Shown here one piece after another: positions 20,208 to 29,790 of a DNA stretch of 64,000 bases (its first letter is position 1; each line of letters begins with the position of its first letter). Origin of the DNA: Alphaproteobacteria bacterium (GTDB lineage Bacteria; Pseudomonadota; Alphaproteobacteria; GM7ARS4; G965262615); contig OZ253545.1 in assembly GCA_965262615.1 (NCBI GenBank), positions 96,001 through 160,000 of the forward strand, given 5' to 3'. The translations under genes were made by a program, and so were the position numbers. The notes below the pieces were generated by a model that had not been told where the DNA came from, did not search any database, and saw nothing but the letters and a program-made list of their open reading frames with translations.

Positions 20208-21114
20208 TTAAATCTCATGATCCCAAGCAGATGAGTTTTTAAGAATCAATTCTGACCCATCTAGCGCAATCACATTTTCCACAAAATCCAAGAAATCACG
20301 ATTTTCGAGAAGAGCAAGACGATTAATGCTCGCCAAGTCTAAATTAGACCTTTCTCTTGCTGGAATGACAACACCATTGCTATCAGAATTTGCATTTGGA
20401 TTGTATTGAATGACTCCAATGCCATGCAAGGATGACAAGGGGTTCAAATCGCTCAAAACTTCTTGTTCAAAAATCCCCACAAGGTAGCCGTAATGTGCCC
20501 AACTGGAATTAGCAACTGCCTGAAAAAACGCATCGCGCGCATCACCCCGTTCAACCTTTGTCTTAACCTCAAATGACCACAAGCGACATCTGTTGCGCGC
20601 CAAACTGCCCTCCCATTTTCTTAATTTTTTCATGCCAACCACTACTCAAGCATTCCACACCGATAATATCAGGGTGTAACCATTTGTTGACACCAGTGTC
20701 CCTCTTTTTTGATTTTTTGTCATCTATCCTTTTACAGTAGATGTCCATCTCATCTTGAAGAAATTGCATAAAGGGAACATATGTTTCCTCCTCACTTGGC
20801 TCACCTGTGGAAGAAGGGGGGACTGCATCGCCCCCTTCATCAATTTCTTCAGTGTAATAATACTTTCTTGGGCGTGATGCCTCAATTTTGATTTTGCCCT
20901 TACCTAATTTGACAATTTTCTTATGGTAGCGATAAATTCTTTTTTCGATTAACCTCTCCTTTGTTAAATCTTCATTACTTCTTTCTAAAATTTCTTCAGC
21001 TGTATCAGAAAATTTTTCAATATATTTCCGCGCCAAATCCAAAGGAGTAAATCTCACATCAGGATTTTCCTTTAAAATTTCTGCAACTCTATCCGCCAAC
21101 GATTTTCTCATCAC
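20208..21114 (-). pseudogene. HrgA-like (COG2958) putative nuclease-fold protein, split by a frameshift near 20595
   Basis: Upstream ORF carries NKWLHPDIIG; downstream frame carries LWSFEVK, FFQAVANSSWAHYGYLV and LHGIGVI. These are consecutive motifs of one family. AT-rich. Confidence 0.8.
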
Positions 21115-21144
21115 CGTTTCTCCTCCATCTCTTCACAATGTACA

Positions 21145-21849
21145 TCAATCAGGCTCATTATCCCACTTCTTTGGAGTCGCCCACATCCCTACTAAAACAA
21201 GAAAATAAAACATTGCTTTAACTAACAAAACAATCTCTTTCACAAAAGGAAGCTTGGTAAGATTATCTTGAAACCTTTGCTTCACTTGCTCTTTCGTGGG
21301 AGATGTTTTCTGCTCTGCATCTCCAATCTCCCCTTCATTGACTATGTCAGTGTAAGGGATTTCTCTTGGTGGGTGAGCCAATGTAGACAAGCGAAAATTG
21401 TCTTTAAAATAAGGTTCAGAAAACAAACCTTTCATAGCTTGCCTACGAGCCAAATCTTGCTCCTGCAAAGCTTCCGTCAGCTTCACAATTTCTGGAGAAT
21501 GGAATGCCATAGCGTCACGAAGTTTTGCAAGTCTAGCCTCTTCTGCTTTGTGCTTCTCCGCAATTTCTAGGATAGAGGAGGGTGTCATAGCATTATGAAG
21601 TTTTGCAAGTCTAGCCGCTTGTGCTGCTTCCTTCCCCATAATTTCTAGGGAAAAAGGAAGTGTCACAGCGTCATGAAGTTTTGCAAGTCTAGCCGCTTGT
21701 GCTGCTTCCTTCCCCATAATTTCTAGGGAAAAAGGAAGTGTCATAGCGTCATGAAGTTTTGCAAATTCAGCCTCTTGTGCCGTGCATCCAAGCGGATTTT
21801 TCGGTTCTATTTTCGACAATTCCATCATGTTCCAGCCAGAATAAAACAA
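21145..21849 (-). CDS. Hypothetical protein with 26-aa tandem repeats and a C-terminal TM helix
   Basis: 234-aa ORF; about 3.5 copies of AKLHDAMTLPFSLEIMGKEAAQAARL; hydrophobic IVLLVKAMFYFLVLVGMW near the C-terminus. Confidence 0.7.
   Translation of the reverse strand: MFYSGWNMMELSKIEPKNPLGCTAQEAEFAKLHDAMTLPFSLEIMGKEAAQAARLAKLHDAVTLPFSLEIMGKEAAQAARLAKLHNAMTPSSILEIAEKHKAEEARLAKLRDAMAFHSPEIVKLTEALQEQDLARRQAMKGLFSEPYFKDNFRLSTLAHPPREIPYTDIVNEGEIGDAEQKTSPTKEQVKQRFQDNLTKLPFVKEIVLLVKAMFYFLVLVGMWATPKKWDNEPD
21508..21780. repeat. 78-bp tandem repeat, about 3.5 copies
   Basis: Units start at 21511, 21589, 21667 and 21745; the middle two are almost identical. Confidence 0.93.
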
Positions 21850-21872
21850 CCGCCAACTTATTACAAGGCTTT

Positions 21873-21921
21873 TATGATTATCGCCGTTTCTTCTTCATTT
21901 TTTGCGCGGCATGGCGGCGTT
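21873..21921. repeat. Imperfect copy of the secA 3' end (partner at about 22747-22798)
   Basis: TATGATTATCGCCGTTTCTTCTTCATTTTTTGCGCGGCATGGCGGCGTT versus TATGACTATCGCCGTTTCTTCATTTTTTTGCGCGGCATGGCAAGACGGCGTT. Confidence 0.88.
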
Positions 21922-22228
21922 ACCGGTCGATGGCTGAGCCCACAATCGCACCAATAATCGTGGTGATGACATAGCCCGGCAAGGTCAGAAGAATTAAAAG
22001 CTCTGTGGATGGCACAATGCCCCACCAAATATAGGCAACGCAAAAAGACGCAAGAACAGCCAAATAAAACCCTCCCGTCCAACGAAGGGCTCTTGTGAGC
22101 TCCCAAAAACGCAGCTCCCCCAGCCGCAAATCAGACTTTTCCTCATCTTCAATACTCTCATCAGGAGGCGGCTTTTGCAGTCGGCTCGTGGATGAAGAGG
22201 TTTGCTTATTTTTTTGGTTAGCCTTCAT
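21920..22228 (-). CDS. Hypothetical two-TM protein, candidate toxin partner of the Panacea antitoxin
   Basis: 102 aa from MKANQK; start overlaps the Panacea stop; charged N-terminus followed by two hydrophobic helices. Confidence 0.65.
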   Translation of the reverse strand: MKANQKNKQTSSSTSRLQKPPPDESIEDEEKSDLRLGELRFWELTRALRWTGGFYLAVLASFCVAYIWWGIVPSTELLILLTLPGYVITTIIGAIVGSAIDR

Positions 22229-22682
22229 GACAAAATTCTTTTCTAATCTCATCATGGTCAATAACAGTGCCAGCCCCTTTCTTAAAGGCTTGAAACCATG
22301 CCCCCTCATGCTCATGAGTTAATGCCACCAGCTGATAAGCATCATACTTGCTGTATGTGGCAATCGTTTTTCTGATGGAATCATCATTCCGCAAAACAGG
22401 ATACGCCCGCCCACTCTTCATTTTATGCTCAATGACACTGGAACGGCGCGAGCCCACATCCTTGTAATGATGATACACATCAGGAATAACGGGACCATGC
22501 TTCCAAGCCTCAAATTCCAGATAGGGCAAAAAAACACCGCCATCGCGCAAATAAACCACATAATTGAGATACAGCATTTTTTGCAACTCCAAATGAGTCA
22601 GCTGCCGCCCGCGCTCGCCCGCCTCAACAAGCAACGCATTCACCCGTGCCACCAAATGCCGCCTGCGATACTCATCTGCCAT
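22218..22682 (-). CDS. Panacea-domain (DUF4065 / SocA-like) antitoxin
   Basis: LTHLELQKMLY, FEAWKHGPVIPDVY and LVALTH....W motifs; GGGAG RBS and an extended -10 (TGATATAAT) upstream. Confidence 0.88.
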   Translation of the reverse strand: MADEYRRRHLVARVNALLVEAGERGRQLTHLELQKMLYLNYVVYLRDGGVFLPYLEFEAWKHGPVIPDVYHHYKDVGSRRSSVIEHKMKSGRAYPVLRNDDSIRKTIATYSKYDAYQLVALTHEHEGAWFQAFKKGAGTVIDHDEIRKEFCHEG

Positions 22683-22751
22683 GATGTCTCTCCCTTTGCA
22701 TCATCTATTGCCTAGATATAGTGGCATTATATCACATTTCATCATGTATGA

Positions 22752-25358
22752 CTATCGCCGTTTCTTCATTTTTTTGCGCGGCATGGCAAGACGGCGTTTG
22801 GTGTCTTTCTTGCGAGGTGCGGATGTTTGTGTGCCGTGTGAAACCCGCCGCGCCGCCATTGGTGACGCTGGCATGGAAGCATCCCGCCCCTCAATCGCCA
22901 AATGACACAACGCCGCCGTCACATGATTTTTCAAACTCTCCAACATACCGCCAAACAACGAAAACGCCTCGCCGCGATACTCATTGAGAGGGTCACGCTG
23001 GGCATACGCCCGCAACGATATGCCCTGACGCACATGATCCAATGTCTGCAAATGCTCCTTCCACACGCGATCTAAAAAATACAGCAACAACCGCTTTTGC
23101 GCGAGGCGAATGGCATCCTCGCCGTAGAGCTGTTTTTTACGCAGCATCACATCATCGCCAATGGCAAGCAATCGCTCACACACAATGGCATCATCCATCG
23201 GCACTTCCTTAATCCAATCCGCAAGGGGCACCGATGCCGCGAGCAAACGCAAACAGGTGGCATGCAATGCCGTGATGTCCCACTGCTCTGGCAAGGACTC
23301 GGGCGGTGCGGTCGCCGCCACCGCATCGCGAATGGCATCCTCCCGCATACCCTCGGTGATGTCGGCGACATCATCGCTGTCCAAAATATCCCGCCTTTGT
23401 TCATAAATGACGCTGCGCTGTTCGTTCATCACATCATCAAAGCGCAAAAGATTTTTGCGTATGTCAAAATTATGAGCCTCCACCCGAGCTTGCGCCTTGG
23501 CAATCGCCTTATTGACCCACGGATGAGTGATGGCATGCTCATCGGGAACGCCAAACCGCTCCATCATGGAATCAATGCGCTCGGCGCCAAAAATACGCAT
23601 CAAATCATCCTCCAAAGACAAAAAGAACATGGAACTGCCGGCATCCCCCTGCCGCCCCGAGCGTCCCCGTAGCTGATTGTCAATGCGGCGGGATTCATGA
23701 CGCTCCGTTCCCACCACACACAAGCCGCCCGCATTTTGAGCCTTCTGCTTGAGCCGCTCCACTTCCTTTTCAATCTCGGCTTGGCGAGCGGCGCGCTTTT
23801 TCTCGTCATTGATAGCACCACACTCTTGCTGCACCCGCATATCCACATTGCCGCCCAATTGAATGTCCGTGCCGCGCCCCGCCATGTTGGTGGCAATGGT
23901 GACCGCACTGGGCATACCCGCACCGGCAATAATCTGTGCCTCCTTTTCGTGATAGCGAGCATTGAGAACATCATGAGCAATCCCCTCCTTTTTCAACAAG
24001 GACGACAACTCCTCAGACTTTTCAATGCTCACCGTTCCCACCAACACCGGCTGATGTCGCTCATGACACTCCTTAATCAATGACACAATGGCTTTCAATT
24101 TGTCGGTGCGTCGGCGGTAGATCTCATCATCATGATCCACCCGCACCATTTCTCTATGAGTGGGAATGGCAACCACCCGCACCCCATAGATGGAAGCAAA
24201 CTCCTCTTGTTCCGTCATGGCTGTGCCGGTCATGCCTCCCAGCTTGGCGTAGAGACGAAAATAATTCTGAAAGGAAATGGATGCCAGCGTCTGATTTTCC
24301 TGCTGCAAAGGCACCTGCTCTTTTGCCTCCAACGCCTGATGCAATCCGCCCGAAAAGCGTCTGCCCTCCATCATGCGCCCCGTGAATTCATCCACCAGCA
24401 TCACCTGATTTTGATGCACCATGTAATCCACATCCCTTTGAAACAAAAAATGCGCCCGCAGCGATTGATTCACATGATGCACCAAATTGACATGCGCCAT
24501 GTCATAGAGCGAGCCCTCCTGCATCAGTTTCTCACGGCGCAACGCCGCCTCCACCTTCTCCACACCCCCCTCGGTCAGAGACACCGAACGGCTTTTTTCA
24601 TCCTTCTCACAATCCTCCGCCGTCAAGGTGGAGACGAGTCCATTGATTCGCACATAGAGCTCCGATGATTCATCCGCCGCACCCGAAATCACAAGGGGCG
24701 TGCGAGATTCATCAATGAGGATGGAATCCACCTCATCCACAATGGCGTAATGCAAAGGACGCTGCACCACATCATTCTTCTCAATCACCATGTGATCGCG
24801 CAAATAGTCAAAACCGAACTCGTTGTTTGTGCCGTATGTGACATGAGCCTCATACGCCGCTCGTCTCTCTTGTGATGGCACACTGGGAATGACGCATCCC
24901 ACCGTCAGTCCCAAGGCGTTGTAAATCTGTCCCATCCACGCGGCATCTCGCTGGGCGAGATAGTCATTGACGGTCACCACATGAACGCCCTTATTGGTCA
25001 AGGCATTCAAATAAACCGCAAGGGTGGATGCCAATGTTTTGCCCTCTCCGGTTTTCATCTCGGCAATCATGCCGCGATGCAAGGCAATGCCGCCCATCAA
25101 TTGCACATCAAAATGACGCTGCCCCAAAACACGCCGTGCCATCTCGCGCACCGCCGCAAAGGCAGGCACGAGCAATTCGTCCAGCGCGCGTCCATTGTGC
25201 AGTTCTTCTTGCCATGCTCGCGTTTGCTGCACAAATTCGTCATCGCCCCGCTGACCCCACGCCCCTTCGGCATCATTGATCGCCGCCACCAATGGCTGAA
25301 AGGTCTTCACCAAACGCTCATTGGATGAGCCAAAAATCTTCTCCAACAATGATAGCAA
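22752..25358 (-). CDS. secA: Preprotein translocase subunit SecA
   Basis: EMKTGEGKT, DEVDSILIDE, ATNMAGRGTDI, RRIDNQLRGRSGRQGD. No C-terminal SEC-C zinc motif. Confidence 0.98.
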   Translation of the reverse strand: MLSLLEKIFGSSNERLVKTFQPLVAAINDAEGAWGQRGDDEFVQQTRAWQEELHNGRALDELLVPAFAAVREMARRVLGQRHFDVQLMGGIALHRGMIAEMKTGEGKTLASTLAVYLNALTNKGVHVVTVNDYLAQRDAAWMGQIYNALGLTVGCVIPSVPSQERRAAYEAHVTYGTNNEFGFDYLRDHMVIEKNDVVQRPLHYAIVDEVDSILIDESRTPLVISGAADESSELYVRINGLVSTLTAEDCEKDEKSRSVSLTEGGVEKVEAALRREKLMQEGSLYDMAHVNLVHHVNQSLRAHFLFQRDVDYMVHQNQVMLVDEFTGRMMEGRRFSGGLHQALEAKEQVPLQQENQTLASISFQNYFRLYAKLGGMTGTAMTEQEEFASIYGVRVVAIPTHREMVRVDHDDEIYRRRTDKLKAIVSLIKECHERHQPVLVGTVSIEKSEELSSLLKKEGIAHDVLNARYHEKEAQIIAGAGMPSAVTIATNMAGRGTDIQLGGNVDMRVQQECGAINDEKKRAARQAEIEKEVERLKQKAQNAGGLCVVGTERHESRRIDNQLRGRSGRQGDAGSSMFFLSLEDDLMRIFGAERIDSMMERFGVPDEHAITHPWVNKAIAKAQARVEAHNFDIRKNLLRFDDVMNEQRSVIYEQRRDILDSDDVADITEGMREDAIRDAVAATAPPESLPEQWDITALHATCLRLLAASVPLADWIKEVPMDDAIVCERLLAIGDDVMLRKKQLYGEDAIRLAQKRLLLYFLDRVWKEHLQTLDHVRQGISLRAYAQRDPLNEYRGEAFSLFGGMLESLKNHVTAALCHLAIEGRDASMPASPMAARRVSHGTQTSAPRKKDTKRRLAMPRKKMKKRR

Positions 25359-25414
25359 GACTCATCTCCCTTCATGCTTGTCTTGTGCTATAAGACACCA
25401 TACCATCTCATAGC

Positions 25415-26957
25415 ATGAAAAACAGCGTTATCATCATTGACTTTGGCTCGCAAGTCACTCAGCTGATTGCGCGGCGTGTGCGCGAGGCGGGTGTCTATGG
25501 CATCATTGTGCCGCCGCCTTGTTCCATGGAGGACATCACCCGCCATCACCCCAAAGCCATCATTCTGTCGGGAGGCCCCGCATCAGTCGCCAACAATGAT
25601 GTATCTCTGCCATCTCAGCTGTTTGAGTCTGACATTCCCATTTTGGGCATTTGTTATGGCATGCAGCTGATGGTGACCATGCTGGGCGGCACGGTCACGC
25701 CCGCCCGCCACCGAGAATATGGCGCAGCACCATTGACCGTCACCGACAGCTGCCTGCTCACCCAAGATATCTGGCACAAACATGACACCCCCACCGTCTG
25801 GATGAGTCATGGGGATTCCGTCACCACACTGCCGCACGGGTTTCGTGATATTGCCCACAGTGGCAACCATCATCATAGTCGCCATCGCCAATGACGAGAA
25901 AAAACGCTACGGCTTGCAGTTTCATCCAGAGGTCACCCACACGGAGCATGGCACACAATTGCTGCATCGCTTTATTTTTGCCATTGCTCAATGCGAGAAA
26001 AATTGGTCAATGAATGACTATCAAGACCAAGCAATTTGTGATATTCGCGATTTTGTGGGCAATCAAAAAGTTCTGGTGGCGTTATCGGGCGGGGTGGATT
26101 CCGCCGTCATGAGTCTTCTCATTCACAAGGCAATCGGCAAACAGATGATTCCCATCGCCATTGACACCGGATTGTTGCGTCATGACGATGTGACCCACAT
26201 TGAGAACTTTGCAACGCGTCATTTGGGTGTTCCCGTCACCATTCATGATGCCAGTTCTCAATTCATCCGAGCTTTACGCGGCGCGACCGATGGCGAGCAA
26301 AAAAGAAAAATCATTGGCACATGCTTCATTGATGCCTTTGAGCGTGTCACCCGCAAGGCGATGCCGCCCTTTTTGGCTCAAGGGACGCTTTATCCCGATG
26401 TGATTGAATCTCATTCGGTGCACGGTGCGCCCTCGGCAACCATCAAATCCCATCACAATGTGGGCGGGTTGCCTGACCATATGAAGTTTCAATTGATTGA
26501 ACCGTTGCGCGCCCTCTTCAAAGACGAGGTGCGCGCCCTTGGGGCAACATTGGGCATGGAGAAGCGTTTTTTGGAGCGGCATCCGTTTCCCGGCCCTGGT
26601 CTTGCCATTCGCATTGCGGGCGAGGTCACGCCTGATCGCCTCGCCGTGGTGCGTCACGCCGACCGCATTTATCGTGACCAATTGGACAAGGCTGAGCTCA
26701 CCGACAAAATCTGGCAAGCACTGGCAATCTTGTTGCCCGTCACCAGTGTGGGTGTCATGGGCGATGGACGCACCGAAGGCATGACCATCGTTCTCAGAGC
26801 CGTCACATCCCAAGACGGCATGACCGCCGACAGCTTCCCATTTTCCCATGAATTCCTCACCCAATGTGCCACCGCAATCATCAACAATGTTGCCAATGTG
26901 ACGCGCGTTCTCTATGATGTCACCTCCAAACCCCCCGCGACAATTGAATGGGAATAG
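25415..26957 (+). CDS. guaA: GMP synthase (glutamine-hydrolysing), with a frameshift near 25875
   Basis: First frame: DFGSQVTQLIARR, GICYGMQ, WMSHGD. Second frame: [38 protein letters not shown]. Confidence 0.93.
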
Positions 26958-26965
26958 TGAAAATC

Positions 26966-27799
26966 ATGCAAAACAAACTCAAAAAATGGACGCGCAAAGG
27001 TTATCTGCGCCCGCTCCATCTCATCTACCGATTGGCGCGCAGATATATCATATACTATGAAGAATTCTCTTTTACCCTTGACAAAAACGGGGAACGCTTG
27101 ATTCTGAAAAAATTGAGCCCCTTTCAGATGCAGACCTTCTTTGATGTGGGAGCTCATACTGGCGAATGGTCACTCATTGTGAGAGAATATTTTCCATCCG
27201 CCACCATTCACGCCTTTGAAATTTCAAAAGCTACTTTTGGGCGATTGAAGAAGAATGCCCATCAAAAAAATATCATCCTCAACAACTACGGGCTGGCACA
27301 CAAAAATGACACGGTGCAATACAGAGATTATGAAAAATATCCCGGTAGCAATACGGTGCTGGATGCCCCTCTTAGTCATCCTCTATTTGGCAAGGCGGAT
27401 GTCAAAAAAACAAAAATTAAAACGGGTCACCAGTATTGCCGAGACCACCACATTGACCACATTGATTTTATCAAAATTGATGTGGAAGGAGCGGAATATC
27501 TCGTTCTGCAAGGGTTGATTCCTCTGCTGAAGGAACAAAAGATTACGGTCATTCAGTTTGAATACGGCTACACCAGTGGTGACTTGCATTTTTTGATGAA
27601 AGATTTTTATGATTTTTTCGCGAGCTATGGCTATAGTGTGGGTCCCCTCAAATTCACAGGCGTTCTTTTTGGTGAATTTAACGAGTACTTGAATAGTTTC
27701 AGGTCGGGACCTAATTTTGTGGCAGTGCTTTCTCACAGACAAGACATCATGGATGCCATTCGCGGCACCCCAATTAGGAGTTATCCTAGTGGCTTGTAG
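26966..27799 (+). CDS. FkbM family methyltransferase
   Basis: FDVGAHTG, HAFE, IDFIKIDVEGAE, IQFEY; AT-rich. Confidence 0.9.
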   Translation: MQNKLKKWTRKGYLRPLHLIYRLARRYIIYYEEFSFTLDKNGERLILKKLSPFQMQTFFDVGAHTGEWSLIVREYFPSATIHAFEISKATFGRLKKNAHQKNIILNNYGLAHKNDTVQYRDYEKYPGSNTVLDAPLSHPLFGKADVKKTKIKTGHQYCRDHHIDHIDFIKIDVEGAEYLVLQGLIPLLKEQKITVIQFEYGYTSGDLHFLMKDFYDFFASYGYSVGPLKFTGVLFGEFNEYLNSFRSGPNFVAVLSHRQDIMDAIRGTPIRSYPSGL

Positions 27800-27812
27800 C
27801 ATAGAAAAAATG

Positions 27813-28008
27813 CCGAAGGCATGACCATCGTTCTCAGAGCCGTCACCTCCCAAGACGGCATGACCGCCGACAGCTTTCCATTCCCTCATGAATTCCTCGC
27901 CCAATGCGCCACCGCAATCATCAACAATGTTGCCAATGTGACGCGCGTTCTCTACGATGTCACCTCCAAACCCCCCGCGACAATTGAATGGGAATAGTGA
28001 AAATCATG
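27813..28008 (+). repeat. 196-bp direct repeat of the guaA 3' end (partner 26773-26968)
   Basis: Near-identical (about 8 mismatches by eye), offset 1040 bp; both copies end at GAATAGTGAAAATCATG. Confidence 0.97.
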
Positions 28009-28338
28009 AGAATGAAATACCTTTTATGTTTTGTGTGTCTTGTACCCTTGGCGGTTGAAGCAACGGTTTCATCGTCATGGCTGGGGACATGGCAGACGAC
28101 TGATTCCTATGGCGACCCGTTTCGCATCACCCTGCGTGAGGACGGCACAGCCTCTCACGATTACGCCGATGGCATGACAGGACGCTGGCGAGAACACGAG
28201 GGCGGCATCAGGATTGAGTGGGATAATCAAAAAAGCGACTATCTTTTTCACGGAGCGATGGGCAGTCAGCGTTTGCACAAGCCAGCCAGTCCGTTGATGA
28301 AGGGCTATAGTCGGGGAATGAAACGCATCACTCAGTAA
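28006..28338 (+). CDS. Small secreted hypothetical protein
   Basis: Signal-peptide-like MKYLLCFVCLVPLAVEA followed by a beta-rich region (LGTW...FRITLREDGTA...GRW). Confidence 0.7.
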   Translation: MRMKYLLCFVCLVPLAVEATVSSSWLGTWQTTDSYGDPFRITLREDGTASHDYADGMTGRWREHEGGIRIEWDNQKSDYLFHGAMGSQRLHKPASPLMKGYSRGMKRITQ

Positions 28339-29308
28339 CTTGCTTGCCAAAAGCCAGACACAATTCCTTCCATTCTCTTGTTGAGAGTCCGCTTTCCTCT
28401 TGGGTGATGTGCTCGCCGCGCACCCACGCTTTGACCACCGCCACCGCTTTGTGCTGCAAATGAAAGGCGTTCAATCGGTATTCCTCAAACGCCTCACTGA
28501 CATGAGGAAGCCAGCGCGGCAAAAACTCATCCTTGATTTTATCGGCATAGACTTTGATCTCGTGCTGGGCGTGAGAATCACAGCGCAGAGCGAGAAAATG
28601 CAGCAGATTGTGCAAATCAATCGTCCAATACCATTCGGTGTAGTTGCTGACCGGCAACACGAGGCGTGCCAGTTCGCGCGCCACCCCTCGTTTGAGCGCG
28701 TCATCTCCTTTTCCCAACAGACGCTGATAGGTGCGGTAGGCGCGGCTGTGCAAATCCTGCATTTTGTTGATGGCTTCGCGTATTTCGTCATGAGAGAGCA
28801 CCCCATCGCGTCCTTGTCCGTTTTCTTGGGATTGCTGGGCGGTGTCTGTGACCTGCAGGTCTTGTTGGTCAAAGAGGGTTTGCTGGTCTGATGGGATTTT
28901 TTTCATCTTGCCCTTGTTCAGCGTTTCCCCATCGGGCACATAAAATTCATCGCTCATGACAGAATAGCGCGCAGAATACTCATTGATGCTGGCAGTGCGA
29001 TGACGCACCCACTGGCGCGCCACAAAAATCGGCATCTTGACATGCAACTTGATGCTACACATCTCAAAAGGCGAGCTGTGACGGTGTTTGAGCAAATAGT
29101 GAATGAGGCGGGCATCATCTCGGAGCGTTTTTGTGCCCGCACCATAAGAGACGCGCGCCGCCTGCACGATGGCAGCATCATTGCCCATGTAATCAATGAC
29201 ACGCAAAAAACCATGATTGAGAACCCTGAACTGCCGACCCAAAATCGCATCCAGCAACGGCGCGGACGGACGAGAAAGCCGAGAGGGAGTCAAAACATCA
29301 TCCTTCAT
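28328..29308 (-). CDS. thyX: FAD-dependent thymidylate synthase
   Basis: AARVSY, HSSPFE, RHRTASINEYSARY ThyX motif, HAQHEI. Confidence 0.96.
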   Translation of the reverse strand: MKDDVLTPSRLSRPSAPLLDAILGRQFRVLNHGFLRVIDYMGNDAAIVQAARVSYGAGTKTLRDDARLIHYLLKHRHSSPFEMCSIKLHVKMPIFVARQWVRHRTASINEYSARYSVMSDEFYVPDGETLNKGKMKKIPSDQQTLFDQQDLQVTDTAQQSQENGQGRDGVLSHDEIREAINKMQDLHSRAYRTYQRLLGKGDDALKRGVARELARLVLPVSNYTEWYWTIDLHNLLHFLALRCDSHAQHEIKVYADKIKDEFLPRWLPHVSEAFEEYRLNAFHLQHKAVAVVKAWVRGEHITQEESGLSTREWKELCLAFGKQVTE

Positions 29309-29489
29309 AAGAATAACTATATCCCAATTGGTCTTTGATTACCTTCACCACTGCGATAATATTTGTTTACAACCCCACGCACAAATTTGTCTATAAGGCA
29401 GATTAATTGTGTCTTGACTGTTCACTTGCTGTTGATAAAAAATCGTTTGCTCTGGCGATGACATGGGGTGAGAGAAGTGCTATATCGTG

Positions 29490-29733
29490 TGTGTCGTAAG
29501 ACTATGGCGATAAAAGTCATGTTGTCTTTGTTTTCGGACTCGGGGGCAGTACCCGACACCTCCACCAATGGGGGTGACTCAGGATTGACGGATGCAAAAA
29601 GACATGATCTTCGCTCGGCATTGTACCGCCGTCATCGGGCTACACTGAAAAGTGCCAACGATAACCAAGTTGCACTCGCTGCTTAGTGAAAAGTAAGCGC
29701 GGCTCGGGGGGTGCCGGGCAACAGAAACCCCCT
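29490..29733 (+). ncRNA. ssrA: Circularly permuted two-piece tmRNA; tag peptide (A)ANDNQVALAA
   Basis: The tRNA-like 3' end ...CACCTCCACCA (to 29567) precedes the 5' end GGGGGTG (29570), forming an acceptor stem with a G3:U pair. Tag frame GCCAACGATAAC...GCTGCTTAG. thyX/sspB neighbourhood. Outer ends approximate. Confidence 0.93.
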
Positions 29734-29790
29734 AATTGATTTCCAACAAAAAATTTGCTACAATAAGGGCAACCTCAAGGAGTGAGAATC

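Noticed and set aside
21508-21780. Possible CRISPR array
   Set aside because: The units are contiguous, in-frame 78-bp coding repeats with no unique spacers, and there are no cas genes.
29468-29686. 72-aa ORF ending ANDNQVALAA
   Set aside because: It is the tmRNA tag frame extended upstream by chance, not a protein gene.
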